A stretch of 28,764 bases of DNA, taken from a virus. Taxonomy: Duplodnaviria; Caudoviricetes. A program made the position numbers and the translations under genes. Below the pieces are notes generated by a model that was not told the DNA's origin, did no database searches, and was given only the letters and a program-made list of their open reading frames with translations. The stretch is from the IMG/VR virus record IMGVR_UViG_3300012352_000154, positions 1 to 28,764 of that record; one strand, 5' to 3'. Every line of letters starts with the position of its first letter. Within the stretch, counting starts at the first letter, position 1. Below, piece by piece: positions 1-10,100 of the stretch.

Positions 1-693
1 TTTATTGACCCAGAATACTTCAACGTTCAGATTGACGTTACAGCTTACTACAACTCTAAAGTTTCTGATAAAACCCCTGCTCAGTTAGAAACAATTATTC
101 GTGATGCAATTTATGCATATGATGATACTAACTTACAGAAGTTTGATGGTGTTCTACGCTATTCTCAACTAGTACGTCTAATTGACGAAGTTGACCAAGC
201 TATTGTAAACAACACGACAAAGATTTTAGTTCGTCGTGAATTTACTCCACGATATAACTTATCTTCAGAGTATAAGTTAAACATGATTAACCCAATCTTT
301 AACTCTACTATTCCAGCTGAGTCTGTTATTTCAACTGGATTCTATATCCCCAACACGTCAAACGTTCACTATATTGACGATGACGGTCAGGGTAACTTGC
401 GTTTATTCTACTTCGATGCGCAGCAGAATAAGTATATTGTAAATCCAAAAATTGGCGAAGTTAATTACTCAAAAGGTACTCTAATCGTTCGTAACTTGAC
501 TATCACTTCTATGGCTGATGCAACATTCGAGTTTGTTTTAAAACCAGAATCATATGACGTTGTTACAGCATATAACCAAATTGTACAAGTTGCTAGAAAC
601 TACTTAAATGTTAAGGTTGTAAACGATATGACTGCTGCTGGTTCTAACCAAGCTGGTAAGAACTATATCTTTACTTCTATCAGAAATATCTAA
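1..693 (+). CDS. gp6: Baseplate wedge subunit gp6-like, C-terminal part (5'-truncated by the window edge)
   Basis: Frame 1 is open from base 1 (FIDPEYFNVQIDVTAYYNSK...NLQKFDGVLRYSQLVRLID...) into the 283..693 ORF. DPEY, F.G..RYS.L...ID, DDDGQGNL and GEVNYSKG are motifs I recognise from T4-like gp6 C-termini. It lies directly upstream of the gp7- and gp8-like genes. Confidence 0.85.
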   Translation, partial: FIDPEYFNVQIDVTAYYNSKVSDKTPAQLETIIRDAIYAYDDTNLQKFDGVLRYSQLVRLIDEVDQAIVNNTTKILVRREFTPRYNLSSEYKLNMINPIFNSTIPAESVISTGFYIPNTSNVHYIDDDGQGNLRLFYFDAQQNKYIVNPKIGEVNYSKGTLIVRNLTITSMADATFEFVLKPESYDVVTAYNQIVQVARNYLNVKVVNDMTAAGSNQAGKNYIFTSIRNI

Positions 694-696
694 TGT

Positions 697-3111
697 ATGG
701 CTATCAAACCGCAGTTTAAACGAGTATCTACAAAAAATCTGGTAGCGAGTCAGCTGCCAGAATTTGTACAATCAGAATACCCAACATTTGTTGCATTCGT
801 TGAAGCATACTATGAATTTTTAGATAATCAAGGTGTTGATTTATATTCTCTTAGAGATATTGATACAACACTAGATGATTATATCAAATATTTCAAAGCG
901 GAATTAGCCCACAACTATCCAGTTGTTAGTAACAATTACGACACTGAACGCTTCTTATTAAAGCATATCAAAGAACAATACCTTGCAAAAGGTTCTGAAG
1001 CATCATACAAATTACTATTCCGTCTTTTATATGGTAAAGACGTTTATATTGATTACCCAGGACGTCAGATGCTTCGTATCTCTGATGGTCGTTGGACGCA
1101 AGACGTTTCTATCTTTGTTCAGGTGTTACAAGGTGATCCATATGATTTAATTGGTAAGAATGTAACAATTCAGACAGCTAAGAGAATTTTTAACTCAAAA
1201 GTTATTAAAAACGTTGACGCTGCAAGTACAATTACTGCTACAGTAGAAAAGGTATTAGTTGTAAACGAACAAGACAAAATTTATGAATTGTTTGTTAATA
1301 GAAATTTCTATGGTGATATTACACCTAAAGATTCTATTAAATATGGTTCAGTTTTCCAAGCACAAATTTTACCTTCAACTGTAAAGATTAAAATTAAAGA
1401 GGCTGGCAAAAACTTTAAACCAGGTATGGTTTTCCAGTTATCTTCTGGTGAAGGTACTCCTTTCTGGTTCAAAGTTTCTACAATTGATGGTAACGGTGGT
1501 TTAAAAACTATCGATGTTATCAAATTTGGTCTAAACTATAAAACAGACTTTTCAGCTACTGTTCTACCATCATCTGCGGTTTCAACTAGAAGAAAGATTG
1601 TAAAAGCAGACGGTTCTGGTTCTATTTCATATAATGTAGTCCAAGATAGATTAACAGTCGTATCAATTGATGATGAAGGTTCAGACTACACCCTTCCTCC
1701 TATTATTACAGTAGTTGGTGATGGTGAAGGAGCAACTGCTGAGGCAGTTCTTGGTACAGGTATTGATGCTGGTAAGGTTGTTGATATTAATATCACAAAT
1801 AGAGGTACTGGTTATACAGACATAGCATTCACCATTAATAATGCGCCAGGAGATACAACTGGATTTGGTTTTCAAGCTACTCCATATATTGGTGATGATT
1901 ACACATACTATTTTTCTGAAAAAATTAACGGTTTTACAGAGGGTGGTTATCTAAGTTCTGGCGATTATTGGGATATTACAGAACACGGTAGAGGTGCGTT
2001 TATTACCCCTGTTATGGGTACTGGTCAAAATGCTGGTAAAATAGTTTCTTTAACTGTGGTAAACGGTGGTTCGGGTTATACATTAAGTAAACCAACTATT
2101 GATATTCCACCGCCAGTAGATGTTAATGGGATACCTATTAATAATGCTGTAAAAGCACAGGCAACATTAACTGTTACTAATGGCGTTATAACAGCAGCTA
2201 CTATTACAAATCAAGGTTCTGGTTATCTTGAAGCACCACAAATTAAAGTTTATGGTTCTTATGGATATGCTAACGGTTCTTATGTTGGTACTATTCAGCG
2301 TCAATTCTTTATTAATGCTTCTGACACTCAAGGTAAAGACCCAGCATTATTAGACGTTTCTCTTGGTGCTGTTGTTAAGTATCCAGGATATTATAGAACA
2401 AACGATGGTTTCTTAAACGATTCCATGTTTATTCAAGACTCATATTACTATCAAGCATTTGCTTATGTTTTAAAGATTGACGAACAGTTACAATCATATG
2501 CTTCTGTCGTTCGCTCAATGTTACACCCTTCTGGCATGGCGATGTTTGGTGAGTATAGTATTAATAACAAAGTTGCATTATCTGTTGGTTTAGACGCTCT
2601 AGTAAAATCTCTTGGTGTTACTTTATACGATTCTGTGTATTTCTCTGAAATTGTATATTATAATTTTATCAAGGATTTATCAACAACTCAGAGTATTTCT
2701 GACTCTCTACAAAGAATTGCTTTCACAAAATACGTCGTAGACTCGTTCAGCGTTTCGCACACTGAAGCAGAATTCTCTAAAGTATTTAATAAGGCATTCG
2801 GATTTGATTCTGACGTTGCCAACCAACAAGCTCTTGTTACAGATTATCTTGTACAAACATTTACAAAGAGAACGACAGATGATACAGTGTCCACTGCATC
2901 AAATGAAGTATTTAACCAAACGTTCACAAAAGGTAGAACAGATTCTATTTCTCTTTTAGAAGATAGAACTCTGGTGGCAAGCCTAAATATGGATATTGAC
3001 ACACTTACTGCTGCTAATTTTGGTCATACTGGTTATATTACAGTAGACCCATACGATTTTGGTGGCTATTTTGAAGAACATTACGCAAATAGTAGACCTT
3101 CCACATGGTAA
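697..3111 (+). CDS. gp7: Baseplate wedge initiator gp7-like protein (804 aa)
   Basis: N-terminal QLPEFVQSEYPTFVAFVEAYYEFL, KGSEASYKLLFRLLYG and late IQDSYYYQAFAYVLK...HPSGMAMFGE are typical of gp7-like proteins of cyanophage-type T4-likes. It has internal GSGY..P repeats, and synteny after gp6 fits. Confidence 0.75.
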   Translation: MAIKPQFKRVSTKNLVASQLPEFVQSEYPTFVAFVEAYYEFLDNQGVDLYSLRDIDTTLDDYIKYFKAELAHNYPVVSNNYDTERFLLKHIKEQYLAKGSEASYKLLFRLLYGKDVYIDYPGRQMLRISDGRWTQDVSIFVQVLQGDPYDLIGKNVTIQTAKRIFNSKVIKNVDAASTITATVEKVLVVNEQDKIYELFVNRNFYGDITPKDSIKYGSVFQAQILPSTVKIKIKEAGKNFKPGMVFQLSSGEGTPFWFKVSTIDGNGGLKTIDVIKFGLNYKTDFSATVLPSSAVSTRRKIVKADGSGSISYNVVQDRLTVVSIDDEGSDYTLPPIITVVGDGEGATAEAVLGTGIDAGKVVDINITNRGTGYTDIAFTINNAPGDTTGFGFQATPYIGDDYTYYFSEKINGFTEGGYLSSGDYWDITEHGRGAFITPVMGTGQNAGKIVSLTVVNGGSGYTLSKPTIDIPPPVDVNGIPINNAVKAQATLTVTNGVITAATITNQGSGYLEAPQIKVYGSYGYANGSYVGTIQRQFFINASDTQGKDPALLDVSLGAVVKYPGYYRTNDGFLNDSMFIQDSYYYQAFAYVLKIDEQLQSYASVVRSMLHPSGMAMFGEYSINNKVALSVGLDALVKSLGVTLYDSVYFSEIVYYNFIKDLSTTQSISDSLQRIAFTKYVVDSFSVSHTEAEFSKVFNKAFGFDSDVANQQALVTDYLVQTFTKRTTDDTVSTASNEVFNQTFTKGRTDSISLLEDRTLVASLNMDIDTLTAANFGHTGYITVDPYDFGGYFEEHYANSRPSTW
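2982..2989 (+). promoter_or_regulatory. Possible T4-type late promoter variant (CCTAAATA) inside the gp7 3' end
   Basis: TAAATA core about 150 nt upstream of the ATG at 3135. The surrounding 13-mer TAAATATGGATAT recurs at 17192-17204. Confidence 0.3.
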
Positions 3112-3134
3112 GTCTCGAAAATAAAGGAGATAAA

Positions 3135-3596
3135 ATGACTGAACAGTTAATTGATTCTGGCGTTAAAGCCAAAGGTATGGTAAAAATTACCAAGACTAAT
3201 TTATTAGGTGAAGTGACTCAAGAATTTGAGGTTCCTAACCTAGTTGTTGCAACAGGAAAAATTTACATTGCTGGTAAAATGATTGCAGAAGCTGCAGACG
3301 TTCCAGTCCATATGTCACATATGGGTATCGGTACTGGTACTGCTTCCCCAGCCGATGCCGATACTACACTAGGTACTCAAACTGGTCGTGTACTATTATC
3401 TGGTGCTTTGCAAGAAAATAATGCTATCACTTATACTGCAACATTCCCAGCTGGTACTGGTACTGGTGCTATTACTGAAGCTGGTATTTTCAACGCTTCT
3501 GTTGGTGGTACTATGCTTTGCCGTACAGTATTCCCAGTTGTTAACAAACAAGCTGGTGATACTATCGCTGTTACTTGGAAAGTTACAGTAAACTAA
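3135..3596 (+). CDS. Small virion structural (baseplate/tail-associated) protein, 153 aa
   Basis: Start moved to ATG 3135 because of the strong Shine-Dalgarno AAAGGAGA at 3123-3130. Motifs NLVV.TG, MGIGTGT, ATFPAG.GTGAITEAG.F and VTWKVT are common in phage tail-associated proteins. Confidence 0.75.
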   Translation: MTEQLIDSGVKAKGMVKITKTNLLGEVTQEFEVPNLVVATGKIYIAGKMIAEAADVPVHMSHMGIGTGTASPADADTTLGTQTGRVLLSGALQENNAITYTATFPAGTGTGAITEAGIFNASVGGTMLCRTVFPVVNKQAGDTIAVTWKVTVN

Positions 3597-3649
3597 TATA
3601 AACTTTTTGTGATGATTTTAAGAAAAACAGTTATCGGATAATAAAAAAT

Positions 3650-6600
3650 ATGGCAAACGATTCAAAATTAGTAAAAACCATTCTGTATAAATCACTCGCA
3701 GAAGGTGTTTATAGAGACGTTGTTACTAAATCGTCTTCATACTATTATTTTTTAGGTCAAACATTACAATGGTCTGACGAAAATAATCCACCGTATCCTG
3801 TTGATAGTTTAACATACGAACACGATGTTCGTAATGAAATCATCACAATTAAAGAAATCAAACCATCAGACGTAGCATTCGTTATTCGTCGTTTAGACTG
3901 GGCATCAGACGTTGTATATGATATGTACGACGACAAGTATTGCGATCAAGTTCTTGGCGTTAATGTTATTTCTGGTGGTGCTGGTTATATTAACATTGAT
4001 GAAATCAATTTAGTTATTTCTGGTGGTGGTGGAACTGGCGCAACTGCAGTTGTTTCTGAAATTGCGCAAGGTCAAATTTCAGGTGTTATTCTAACATCTC
4101 CTGGAACTGGCTATACATCTGAACCAACAATTACTGTTGTTTCTCCTTCTGGTACTGGAGCAAACTTAAAGACTGTTATTGGTATTTCTTCAACTGGTAA
4201 ACAAAAACTAGAAGATTGTAATTTCTACGTTGTTACTGACGAATACAACGTTTATAAGTGCTTGGATAATAATAACGGTGCTTACTCTAGAAATAAACCA
4301 ACTGGAACTCAGTTAGAGCCAATTAAAACTGCCGATGGTTATGTTTGGAAGTTTATGTATAACATTCCAATTAACCTTCGTAACAAGTTTTACACAGACG
4401 AGTATATTCCTGTTGTTTCAGCTTTAACTAATCACTTCTACTCAAACGGTACTATTGATAACATCTATATCACTGGTCGTGGTCAAGGTTATTCAACTGC
4501 TCTTATTTCTGTTCTTGGTGACGGTTATAGAGAATCTGATCCAATCTATATTACTGCAGCTCAGGTTGTTGAAGAAGGTTCTGGTTATACAAACCCTTCT
4601 ATTGAGTTCAGCCCTCCGTTTACTACTGCTTCTGCTTTTATTCCAAACAGTAGTGTTAACCTTGGTCAAATTATCTTTAATGCTTCAACTAAAGATTATT
4701 ACGAAGTTATTACACCAGGAACTTTTGCTTCTGTAGCACCAACTCACAGAAACGGTACTGTTCTAAATGGTACTGCTGCTTTGAAATATAAAGGTACTAC
4801 ATTAAAAGGCACTGTTCATACTAGAAACGATAGAAATATTACTGAAATTACAGTAACTAATGCTGGTATTCAGTACACCTCTGCACCAACTGTAGCTATT
4901 ACTGATCCAACTGGCGTTGGTGCCAGTGCTGTTGCTTTAATTGGCACATCTGTTGTTAATGGTATTAATATTACCAATGGTGGACAAAATTACGTTTCTC
5001 CAATCTTAACAGTAACTGCTGGTGGTGGTACTGGTGCATTATTACAACCTATTGTAACAAACGGTGTAATCACTAACGTTCAAATTGTTTCTGGTGGTCA
5101 GGGATATACTTCCACACCAACAATTATCATTGAAGATCCTTCTGGTACTGGTGCTGCTATTAATGCTATTCTTTCTGGTTCTCCAGTGTTAGGCATTACA
5201 GTAACAAATGGCGGTAGTGGATATACTGACCCAACTGTAGCTATTACTGGTGGTGGCGGTGCTGCTGCAACAGCTGAAGCTACTGTTGAAACTGGAGTTA
5301 TTGACCACGTAACATTAAATGGTGGCGTCAGAGAAGTTGTTATTATTAATGCTGGTTCTGGTTATATTAAAGCACCAGAAATTACAATTACTGGTGGTGG
5401 CGGACAATACGCAACTGTTCGTTCTAAATTATATGCAGACCGTGTTCTATCAACAAACGTTATTGATTCAGGAGAAGGTTATACTAGTGCACCGACTGTA
5501 ACGTTTGGTACTCCATTTGAACAAGGTTTAGAAGTTTATACTAATGACCAGTTCTCTAACGGTACATTCTTGTATACAGTTGTAGAGTCTGGATTCTTCG
5601 GACATATTGCTCCTTCTTGGACTTCTGGTACTCAATACACTTCAGTTCCATGGGAATCATCTACTGAAGTTTTTGAAGGTGATACTGTATATTATGAAGA
5701 TAATGGTATTAAAAACCTTTATGAGATTCTTTCAGACGGTTATACTTCTACAACTGCTCCTACTTTTACTAGCGGAGATGGTTCTTCTGCAACATATGGT
5801 GTTGGTTTAAGATATATCGGTAAGGTTGCTTCTTTAAGAAAAGACGGAACTGTTGCAACTGGTTATGCAGTTTTAAGATATGGTGCAGGTTATGCTGTCA
5901 ACCCAACTGCAACTATCACTGATCCCACAGTTGTGAGTGATGCAGAGATTAACTTCTTAACAACAAAATCAGAAGCTAAGATTTCGTCTATTGTTGATAA
6001 CGGTCAATTAGTTTATCTAGTTGTTGATGATCCAGGTGTTGGTTACACAAAAGCTACTATTAACGTCACAGGCGACGGTGAAGGTGCTTCTCTAGTTGCA
6101 GATTTGAGCCTTGGTGCTATTTCTTCTCAACAAGCCAACAACGAAATTTTAACACCAGCTGGAACTGTTGACGCTATCCAAATTATTTCTGGTGGTTATT
6201 CTTATGGTGTTGCAAACATCGCTATTGAGGGTGATGGTGTTGGTGCGTCTGCTGAAGCTACAATTGACCCAATTACAAATGCTATTACTAAAGTAACAAT
6301 CACTAACAGGGGTGAGGGTTATACATATGCAAACGTTAAAGTTATTGGTAACGGTTATGCTGCTAACTTAAGAGCAATTATTTCTCCATATGGCGGTCAT
6401 GGTAAGAACTCCCCAGAAGAATTATTTGCACGTTCTTTGATGTTATACACTAACATTTCTAACGACCTTAACCAAGGTGTCGTGGTTGGAAACGACTATC
6501 GTCAAGTTGGTATTTTAAAAGACCCACGTGTATTTGACGGCTTTGAACGTTATCAAGGTTCTATCGGTTCTGCTTGTTACATTATTCAAGCACCTATTAA

Positions 6601-7078
6601 TACTGATAGATTTGCACGTGACGATGAGTTATACATTGAAAGAACTTATACACCAGACACTGAATGGGCACCGTCATTAAATATGACCCAAGGTCAGTTC
6701 GTTTGGTATCAAGATAGAATCTATACAGTAGTTGTCGCTGGTACTGGTGGTTCTACTCCTCCAACTTCTACATTAGGTTCTGAGGCAAACGGTTTTGCTG
6801 TTCTGACATATGTTGGTTCTACAAAATCTAAAAAGAGATATAGAATTATTTCTTTCTCTTCATCTTATGCGTTGGTTCAATCATTAGACAGCGATTTACC
6901 TCAACCAAATGATGTGTTTATTAAAACATCAAATATTACAGATAACTTTACTGTTATTTCTGCAGGTATGCCTAATTTTGACAAATTTTCTGGTCAAATG
7001 ATGTATATTGACAACAAACAAGGTTTCACTCCTTCTGGTGATGAAACAATTACTTTGAGAACTATTATCCAATTCTAA
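3650..7078 (+). CDS. gp8: Baseplate wedge gp8-like protein expanded with repeat modules (1142 aa)
   Basis: gp8-type motifs RRLDW...VYDMYDD, FYVVTDEYNVYKCLDNN, TADGYVWKFMY, ISPYGGHG, DYRQVGILKDP and terminal SGQMMYIDN...IIQF. These are interrupted by many (V/I)..GGxGY..P.(V/I).I.GGGG.GA.A.A repeats. Confidence 0.8.
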   Translation: MANDSKLVKTILYKSLAEGVYRDVVTKSSSYYYFLGQTLQWSDENNPPYPVDSLTYEHDVRNEIITIKEIKPSDVAFVIRRLDWASDVVYDMYDDKYCDQVLGVNVISGGAGYINIDEINLVISGGGGTGATAVVSEIAQGQISGVILTSPGTGYTSEPTITVVSPSGTGANLKTVIGISSTGKQKLEDCNFYVVTDEYNVYKCLDNNNGAYSRNKPTGTQLEPIKTADGYVWKFMYNIPINLRNKFYTDEYIPVVSALTNHFYSNGTIDNIYITGRGQGYSTALISVLGDGYRESDPIYITAAQVVEEGSGYTNPSIEFSPPFTTASAFIPNSSVNLGQIIFNASTKDYYEVITPGTFASVAPTHRNGTVLNGTAALKYKGTTLKGTVHTRNDRNITEITVTNAGIQYTSAPTVAITDPTGVGASAVALIGTSVVNGINITNGGQNYVSPILTVTAGGGTGALLQPIVTNGVITNVQIVSGGQGYTSTPTIIIEDPSGTGAAINAILSGSPVLGITVTNGGSGYTDPTVAITGGGGAAATAEATVETGVIDHVTLNGGVREVVIINAGSGYIKAPEITITGGGGQYATVRSKLYADRVLSTNVIDSGEGYTSAPTVTFGTPFEQGLEVYTNDQFSNGTFLYTVVESGFFGHIAPSWTSGTQYTSVPWESSTEVFEGDTVYYEDNGIKNLYEILSDGYTSTTAPTFTSGDGSSATYGVGLRYIGKVASLRKDGTVATGYAVLRYGAGYAVNPTATITDPTVVSDAEINFLTTKSEAKISSIVDNGQLVYLVVDDPGVGYTKATINVTGDGEGASLVADLSLGAISSQQANNEILTPAGTVDAIQIISGGYSYGVANIAIEGDGVGASAEATIDPITNAITKVTITNRGEGYTYANVKVIGNGYAANLRAIISPYGGHGKNSPEELFARSLMLYTNISNDLNQGVVVGNDYRQVGILKDPRVFDGFERYQGSIGSACYIIQAPINTDRFARDDELYIERTYTPDTEWAPSLNMTQGQFVWYQDRIYTVVVAGTGGSTPPTSTLGSEANGFAVLTYVGSTKSKKRYRIISFSSSYALVQSLDSDLPQPNDVFIKTSNITDNFTVISAGMPNFDKFSGQMMYIDNKQGFTPSGDETITLRTIIQF

Positions 7079-7086
7079 ACTAAATA
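7079..7086 (+). promoter_or_regulatory. Probable T4-type late promoter variant (ACTAAATA)
   Basis: TAAATA core in the short intergenic gap about 35 nt upstream of the ATG at 7122. It resembles the T4 gp55 late consensus TATAAATA. Confidence 0.55.
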
Positions 7087-7121
7087 AAGATATAGTTTAA
7101 CCTTTATAAAGAGAACAAAGA

Positions 7122-10100
7122 ATGGCACTAGACTTTAATACAGAACCGTATTTTGACGATTACGAAGCCAATAAAGACTTCTATCGAATCCTATTCCGTC
7201 CAAGCTACGCAGTTCAGGCTCGTGAACTTACACAGCTGCAAACAATTTTACAACACCAAGTTTCTAGATTTGGTAACCACGTATTCAAGAACGGTTCCCA
7301 AGTAATCCCAGGTTCTGTAAACGTTGATAACAAAGTTCATTTTATTAAACTTGAACAGTTTACTGGTACAATTGACGTTACAACATATATTGAGACATTT
7401 AAGAACAAAATTATCACTGGCGAAACTTCTGGTGTTAAAATGCGTGTTCTTGACACATCTGGTGGTTCTGCCGTTGTGGATGAACTAAGTTTCCCAACCC
7501 TTTATTGTAAAGTTGAAGGTACTGCACCAGACAATACAACTAACCGTCTACTTCCTGGCGAAAACATTATCGCTTATACTGAAGACAACTTAATGTCTAC
7601 TAACTTCAGATTAACTGAAGACCAATTAACTGATATTACTGCTATTGTTAAACTAACTGGTAACTCTGGTGAAACTCCAACAACATACACTGGTGATGCA
7701 TCTTCAGACGTTCTTGGTTATGGTTACAGCGTTGACGTTGCTGCTGGTATCTACTATGTTGATGGTACATTTGTTCGTAACGATGACTTAAAATTATACG
7801 TTGGTCGTTTCAATAACACACCTTCTTGCCGTGTTGGATTTAAAGTTACAGAAGAAACAGTGGCGCCAGAAGATGATGAGTCTATTCTAGATAATGCGAC
7901 TGGTTCTTATAACTTCGCAGCACCAGGTGCTCACCGTTATAAAATCTCTCTTTCTCTTGTTAAACTTGACCTAGTTTCAACTGATAACATTAAGTTTATT
8001 GAACTAGTTCGTATTAATAACGGTCGTGTTCAACAAAAGGTACAAAAATCATCATACGCTGAATTAGAGAAAACTCTTGCAAGACGTACATTTGATGAAT
8101 CTGGTAACTATGAAGTTAACAAATTCAAAATGTCAGTCCGTGAACATTTAAATAACGGATCTAACAATGGTGTATATACACCTCTACCAGATGGTACTTT
8201 ACCAACTGCTGGCGTAACATATGGTTCAGACGACAAATTTGTTTTAGTTGTTGATCCAGGAAAAGCATATATTCACGGATATGAAGTTGAGTCATCTACA
8301 TCAAACTTTATTGAATTTGACAAAGCACGTGAAATTGATGGTAACGAAGGTAACCATATTCAACGTACAACTTCTCAAACCATCGGTTTGAATATCGGTA
8401 ATTATGTTGATATTAACAACCTATACAAGTTTCCAAATTTAGACACATTTGAGAAAGTTTATCTTGTAAAAACTCTACAACCAAGAGTTGCTCAATGTAG
8501 AGCAGTTGTTTCTGGTGGCGTTATTCAATCTGTTATCGTTGATGATGGTGGATTTGGATACAGTGCAAGTTTCTCAACAGTTGCTGCTCAGGCAGACTTA
8601 AGATGCGGTGTAATTCCAGTAACTGCTTCTGGCTCTGGTGCTATTTTAAGTGTTACTGTATCTAACGGTGTTGTACAGTCAGTTGCAGTAACAAACGGTG
8701 GTTCTAGTTACTCATCTACAAACCCACCACAAATTAGATTGTTGAACAACCTTTACATTAACAACTCAACTGGTGGTGAAATTTCTAATGCTCCTCTTAC
8801 AACAAATATTGTTGGTACTGCAAGAGTTAGAGCTTTACAACTTTCAGACCCAGACACAATTTACACTAAAACAGAATATAAACTTGGTCTGTTTGATATT
8901 AACATGTTTAACGGTGGTTCTTTCGAACGTTCCGTTAAGAGTATTGTTGGTATCCAAGGTGGTTTAAACTTCTCTGCTAACATTTCTCCAACAACATATC
9001 AATTAGCTGGCACTGGTAATGCTTCTACTGCATCCAATGCTCTATCTGGTTACGGTACAACATTCTTGAACAATGTTCTACCAGGAGATATGATTTATCT
9101 GAATGATCAGTTAGCTGGTATCGTTTCTACAATCAATAGCGATTACAGTATTACCTTAACTGGTAACTCTTTAGTTAACCAAAGTAATGCAAGAATTACT
9201 GTGTTCACTGCTATGTTGCATGAACCACAATATGAAACATTACTGTTACCTGTTGGTCAATCAAACGTTAAAACTTTACGTGGATTCCAAAATGGTTCAG
9301 ATACAGTTAAGAGTACTGAGGTTGTTGTTCGTAGACAGTTTGCTGACATGGCAACGAACACTAACAAAGCATGGTTTGAAGTTACAAACGTTGATGAGAC
9401 TTTCTTATCAGATGCAGACTTAGAAAACTATGTTTTAATTAATAAAACAACAAACCTACCAGTTCCATTCTCTTCAGACGATACAACTGGCGTCTATATC
9501 ACTTTTGATAATGATACAATTAGAAAACAAGTTAACTTCTGGAACGTTCCTAACGATTCATACTACCTAATTGCTTCTGTTCAACAAGTTTCTGCAGCTG
9601 CTCAAGAGAAACCAAAAGTCTTAAATAAAGTTGACGGTGAGATGATTATCACCGATAAGAGAACTATCAACTCTAATACAATTGATTTAAACCACGGTGA
9701 TATTTTCAAACTTATAAAAATTGAATGCACACCTGATGGTAGCTATACATTTGACGAAGACAACGTTATCGACATTACAGATAACTATACTCTTGATAAC
9801 GGTCAAAGACCAACTTACTACACTTATGGTAAGATTAATCTAAAACCAGGATATCCTGTACCTAATGGTGCAATTCGTGTAACATACTGGTTCTTTACTG
9901 TTTCTGGTATTACTGATGGTAATTACTTCTCAGTTGATTCATATACTACTGCAAGTGGTATTGATTATTCTGAGATTCCTTCATTCTATACAACAGACTC
10001 TAATGGTAAACAAACTGAAACTAGTTTAACTGACGTTTTAGACTTTAGACCAATCTTGACTACAACTAATGGTTTCTATCCAGAACTACCTAAAATTGGT

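Noticed and set aside
3105-3134. Upstream starts in the ORF track (3105, and similarly 23367 and 24301)
   Set aside because: Downstream ATGs at 3135 (strong Shine-Dalgarno), 23415 (ATGA coupling) and 24316 are better supported.
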